A DNA stretch of 64,000 bases from contig CP075494.1 of the NCBI GenBank assembly GCA_021613535.1, forward strand, positions 3,348,001-3,412,000, written 5' to 3'. Made by a program: the position numbers and the translations under genes. Shown piece by piece: positions 59,909 through 64,000 of the stretch. The notes beneath the pieces were generated by a model. It was not told where the DNA came from, made no database searches, and saw only the letters and a program-made list of their open reading frames with translations. This DNA is from Adineta vaga (lineage: Eukaryota > Animalia > Rotifera). Positions within the stretch are counted from its first letter, which is position 1. Every line of letters starts with the position of its first letter.

Positions 59909-60856
59909 TCAAATAACTTGTTCGTGTTATTTAATCGCATATGACATTTGTCACGTCTTTTATACCAACAAAGGATTTCCTGTAAAAAAAACTTTTTTTC
60001 TGTCCAAGCGGAATAAAATATGATCAAACTACGATCTATAGAACGTAAAAATATGAGTTCGAGGCAGTAATGGATTACAAATATCTTTTCTATGATAGCA
60101 CACATTTGTCTGAAATCTTGCTTTTATCTTGATTAAAGTGTATAGAAAAAGTAGAAAAAGATAAAGATATAATTAATTCGAGTTATCAGTAAGTTGAACT
60201 GTCTTTAGAGAACTTTGGCCATTGTTCCAGCCAGAAATCGAAGCTAATCGTTTTTGTTAAATGAGTGATGGCATGATGCAAATCGGTGTATGTGGTTGTC
60301 AAGGCCATGTTGATTGAAGAAACAAGTACTTCAACTGCAATTTCAGCTCTTTGAGCTGCTTCTGTTGCTACACTTGAAATGTTACTAGTCGATAGACTGA
60401 TATTTTTTTACAGAAATGATTTCTTCTTGTATGAGTGCATTGACAAAGATATTTTCGATTCCTTCACCTACTAACTATAAATAGATTCGCAAAGAAATTC
60501 AATATCAAAATCATGAAAAAAGTCACCCACTCGTGAATCATCATTAAGAGTAACATCGCTGATGCATCCTTGTCGTACTGCATCGACAAAGCACTAGTGA
60601 CAATCTGTGCATCAGTCATATTAGCTGTTCGTTCAATTAATTGCGATTGAATACTTCTTGCAATACGTTCTTGTACACACATTTCACTAGTACTTTCATC
60701 AGTAATATGATCAAGTATTGCGAATAATATAAGTTTATGGTGACTCTATATGAAACCATGTCTGAAAATTAATTCTTCTCATTTCTTCAAGATATTCTTA
60801 CACCCATATTTGGGATCCATGCTGAAAATTGATTCGTATCTATTGAATATTGATGC

Positions 60857-60917
60857 TTGAGGATGGGTGAGGGCGAGGTAGAAAGCAATAAAAATATTTC
60901 AGACTCACACCCACACC
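60857..60917. repeat. Telomere-like inverted junction motif
   Basis: TTGAGGATGGGTGAGGGCGAGG ... CTCACACCCACACC. Confidence 0.75.
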
Positions 60918-61091
60918 ATCGAACAAAAATGAGGAAATGACGTTTCGTACCAATCTTTCCAAACATCATCTGAAAATGTCCTGTAACTGGAGTTCGGAAT
61001 AACTAGATGGCACAAAACGTCATTTACCCAACAAAAATAAATTATATAATTTATTCTTCAGGCATTTGTTCTCTTTATTGATTGATCAATC

Positions 61092-61500
61092 GTGTCCTTC
61101 GTACAGTTAATCCGGATCTCATCTATCCTTACCGTTTCTTTATCAATGACATTAGGATATGCAATTAGTTCTGGTAATGATCGAGTTGTTCCAGTTCTAT
61201 TCGAGTTTCATCTTTATCCCACAATAAATAACACACGTCCGTATGCAAACGCAGTTGAACATAGTGCTCTACTCAATGAGTATGAAGTATTGCTTACATA
61301 TTGTATCATCTTTCGTCTTGTTTCTATAACTTACGATTGTGAACAAAATGTTTTGAATATAGTTGGTCATCTTTTTCGGCTATAGAATCATGACATCAAG
61401 AATTTATTGTCGGAAACACATGAAAATGAATTTAAATGGAATACATTCGATGCAGACACATGCTACTATCACAAAAAAGAAAGGTGAACTCTCAACTATA
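61092..61500 (+). pseudogene. Decayed ADP-ribosyltransferase (ART/VIP2-like) domain fragment
   Basis: VPVLFEFHL...TRPYANAVEHSALLNEYEVLL..IFRLVSI resembles the ExEVL catalytic segment of the ART domain; frames are broken. Confidence 0.55.
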
Positions 61501-62741
61501 CTCTCTCAAATAATACCAACAACAATACTCCTTTGATTACATCGGAGTCTATGCAATCGAACGATTTTCCAATCATATATGACTTTTTCGATGGTAATGG
61601 CATAGACGATGGTGTACATCCAGTCTTATGCCTGTCGGTACGTATAATCTTGCATTTGTTTACTACTAGAAATTTAACTGATGATGAAAATAATCTAACT
61701 GTGAAAGAAGAAATCAGTATAACCGGAAATTATCTAGATTACTTATTTAAGTTGTACGAAGGTAGATGGTGCCAAACCTCTCTTTCGCATGACTGACCTT
61801 GCATTTGATTTAATTAATAAAAAGTCAACCAGAATGCCGGCTATTATACTGGTGTATTTGTTTACAAAGGACAAATCTATAAGATACAGAGAATGGAACA
61901 AAAATAGAATAATCTTTTTCTCAAATCACTGCAAGATTTTCTATGGTATTAGTCTTCCTCTGATTTATATTTACACTCAACAAAACTCGCTATCTTTCGT
62001 ATTTTTTCATTAAATTTCATGATCGGCGTGATTTTCGTTGTCTGATCTTATATACATTTTTCACCTTATTTCTTCTATTATATCGGCGTACTGAATATAA
62101 ATGTATATTTTTTTTACTTATTCATTATAGAATATTTGATTTGTTCTAAAACATTTAAAAATAAATGAAACTTCATTATGAATTAGTCTTTGTTTAGAAC
62201 ACGAAAAATAAACCGTACTTTATTCCATTGTATTATACAATCCGATGAATAGCAATCTTTTATTAAACACAGAGACGTTCTACTGATTTTCAAAATCAGA
62301 TAATGAAAGCACGCAAAAAACAGAGCGTACAGTGTGGGGTACAGGTGAAGGTGGATCAGACAAAAATGCGCGCTCTTATCCATCCTCGCTCTTGTTCTCT
62401 ACTGCGGTCACACAGTGTCTCGCATTTACAATGAAATCATTAAAAAACTGAACACATACGTCTAACTCATGAAATGTTTTACCATACTGAATTATATGAT
62501 GTGGTAAGCAAACAAGTATTTATGGTTATTACGTATTGCTTTTCTCAAGTTAATTCTTTTGAAATTTATTGTTGCTGTCAAAACAAAGAAAAAGAAAGAA
62601 TTTTTTATCAGCAATAGGAGTAAATATTTGCAATAAAAGCTTCTCAATACACGTTCGATGTTGAATTAAAGAACAGAAGACAATGTAAGTTTTTTATTTC
62701 ACTCTGTGTCGAAATCCATTCTTAAATTGTTATTCATGATA

Positions 62742-62870
62742 CCAGAGATGGGCACGGTCGGATCAGTTTTTAGCTGTAGCGGTTCGGTTCAGTTTAACGA
62801 GACATTTTACTAATTTCTCTCGGTTTCGGTTCGGATTGGTTTTATGCATTTCGGTTTCGGTTCGGTTGAA
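62742..62870 (+). mobile_element. Possible single end of a hAT-like DNA transposon
   Basis: CAGAGATGGGC-type terminus followed by repeated CGGTT/CGGTTT subterminal motifs; no partner end found in the window. Confidence 0.4.
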
Positions 62871-63567
62871 TTTCAACTTAAACTGATTCATCGCAGACAA
62901 CTGTCGACATCGACCTACGTGCAACTAGAATCGTATTCCCTGCTATTTTTTGCTAGATCTGTAGCCTAAAACAAAATGAAGGTTTAGGATAAGAATAAGA
63001 TGAATGTATGTTAGAATATATAAAATAAAGTATGTGTTTATCTTAAATTGGTGTAAATCACAAAATAACGTTAACATTTTTATGAGTATCATGTTAAACA
63101 AAAGCCGTACCGCCAAAACTAACAAATTTTCATTACAGATTAGAAATTCGTCCACAGAAACTTGGAAGTTTATACTGTGCGTCTTTATATAAATGTGTCT
63201 CGATATGGAATATATCGAGAGAGCAATACCGTACTTAACTTTCTAAAAAAAACTTTTTAAATTTTAAAAAGCGTTGCGAATACTTTCTAAAACTTCCTAT
63301 GATTTTTCGAAACTGCTTGAAATTCCCACCACATTTTGAAGTATTCTTAATATTTGTCGAAAGTTTTAAAGAATTCGTATCACATTGAGAAAAAGGCGCA
63401 AATTATGTGATTGATTAATAAAGTCATCCATGGGCCACGGTAGCGGCGTAACCAGGATTTTGACGGTGGAGAGGCGGTGGGGGCTCAACCACCTAAATCG
63501 GTCTTCTAAGATGGGCTCATAGTATGAGGCTGTGGATGAGGATGTGATTATGCATAACAAAATAACA

Positions 63568-63599
63568 CTGACACACACACTCATCCACACCCACCCTCT
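63568..63599. repeat. Telomere-like junction motif abutting the RdRP fragment
   Basis: CACACACACTCATCCACACCCACCCTC. Confidence 0.75.
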
Positions 63600-64000
63600 T
63601 CATTATATGCTGAATCATCATCGATAAGAAGGACTGAATAAGGAAATTGATCAATATTGTTATGTTCTTCATCATTCAAATGAATGTTGATTTGAACCGA
63701 TTCATTGTATAATTTTCCTAAGATTGATGTTGATGAATGCGATGGTTTATCTCCTTTTTCCATGAAATGTGGATAGGTAGTAGGACGAAGTTCACGTGTT
63801 AAATTTTCAGCATGAACACCGCTCTTAGCAAAGTCAACCGCTACACTAAACAAATGAATTTTTGGAAAAGTCAAGATATCAGTTTAGCAAATATTATGTA
63901 CCTATGCATTTTGGCAAGCTGAATGCATCTCTCATTTTCCGCTCCGTCTGGAAGTTGATCAGCTAGTGCTAGATGACTATTAGCAATAAAGCCAAGACTT
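63581..64000 (-). pseudogene. Eukaryotic (RNAi-type) RNA-dependent RNA polymerase, 3'-truncated; continues beyond the window
   Basis: Reads LGFIANSHLALADQ...CIQLAKMHS|VAVDFAKSG...YPHFMEK...STSILGKLY with a 56-nt intron at 63846-63901. The frame runs into the telomere-like motif and stops at 63581. Confidence 0.85.

Noticed and set aside
60200-60790. Possible spliced coding fragments on the minus strand
   Set aside because: Protein-like but unassignable and interrupted; not enough support for a call.
2428-63599. CRISPR array interpretation of the recurring motif
   Set aside because: Repeats are degenerate, spacing is irregular and kb-scale, orientation is mixed, and there are no cas genes; the DNA is eukaryotic.
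2428-63599. Single giant Terminon/Athena retroelement explaining the whole window
   Set aside because: No reverse transcriptase ORF is visible, genes lie on both strands, and motifs occur as inverted pairs rather than one polarity. It cannot be excluded for sequence outside the window.

Overview
AT-rich eukaryotic DNA with short (about 50-70 nt) GT-AG introns. The gene content suggests a bdelloid rotifer, probably an accessory or subtelomere-like region (inference): many orphan rhodopsin-type GPCRs, an LDLa/EGF-GPCR, F-box, ankyrin, kelch, NHL and ART-domain genes, plus genes of bacterial or fungal type. The window holds an intact TA-flanked DD37E Tc1/mariner-superfamily transposon inside a Dicer-like intron, a MITE, about 18 apparently intact genes and many pseudogene fragments. 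Main observation: a telomere-like motif (consensus TTGAGGGTGTGGGTGTG / CACACCCACACCCTCAA), often an inverted pair 30-120 bp across, recurs about 30 times, roughly once per intergenic interval. It sits at or next to the truncation points of several unrelated gene fragments (Dicer-like, BTB, PLP decarboxylase, an unknown 290-bp coding piece, RdRP), which suggests a cassette-like patchwork joined at these motifs. Second highlight: an intronless ComEC-type MBL hydrolase with two N-terminal Zn ribbons and a ubiquitin-like C-terminus ending LIRRVRGG.
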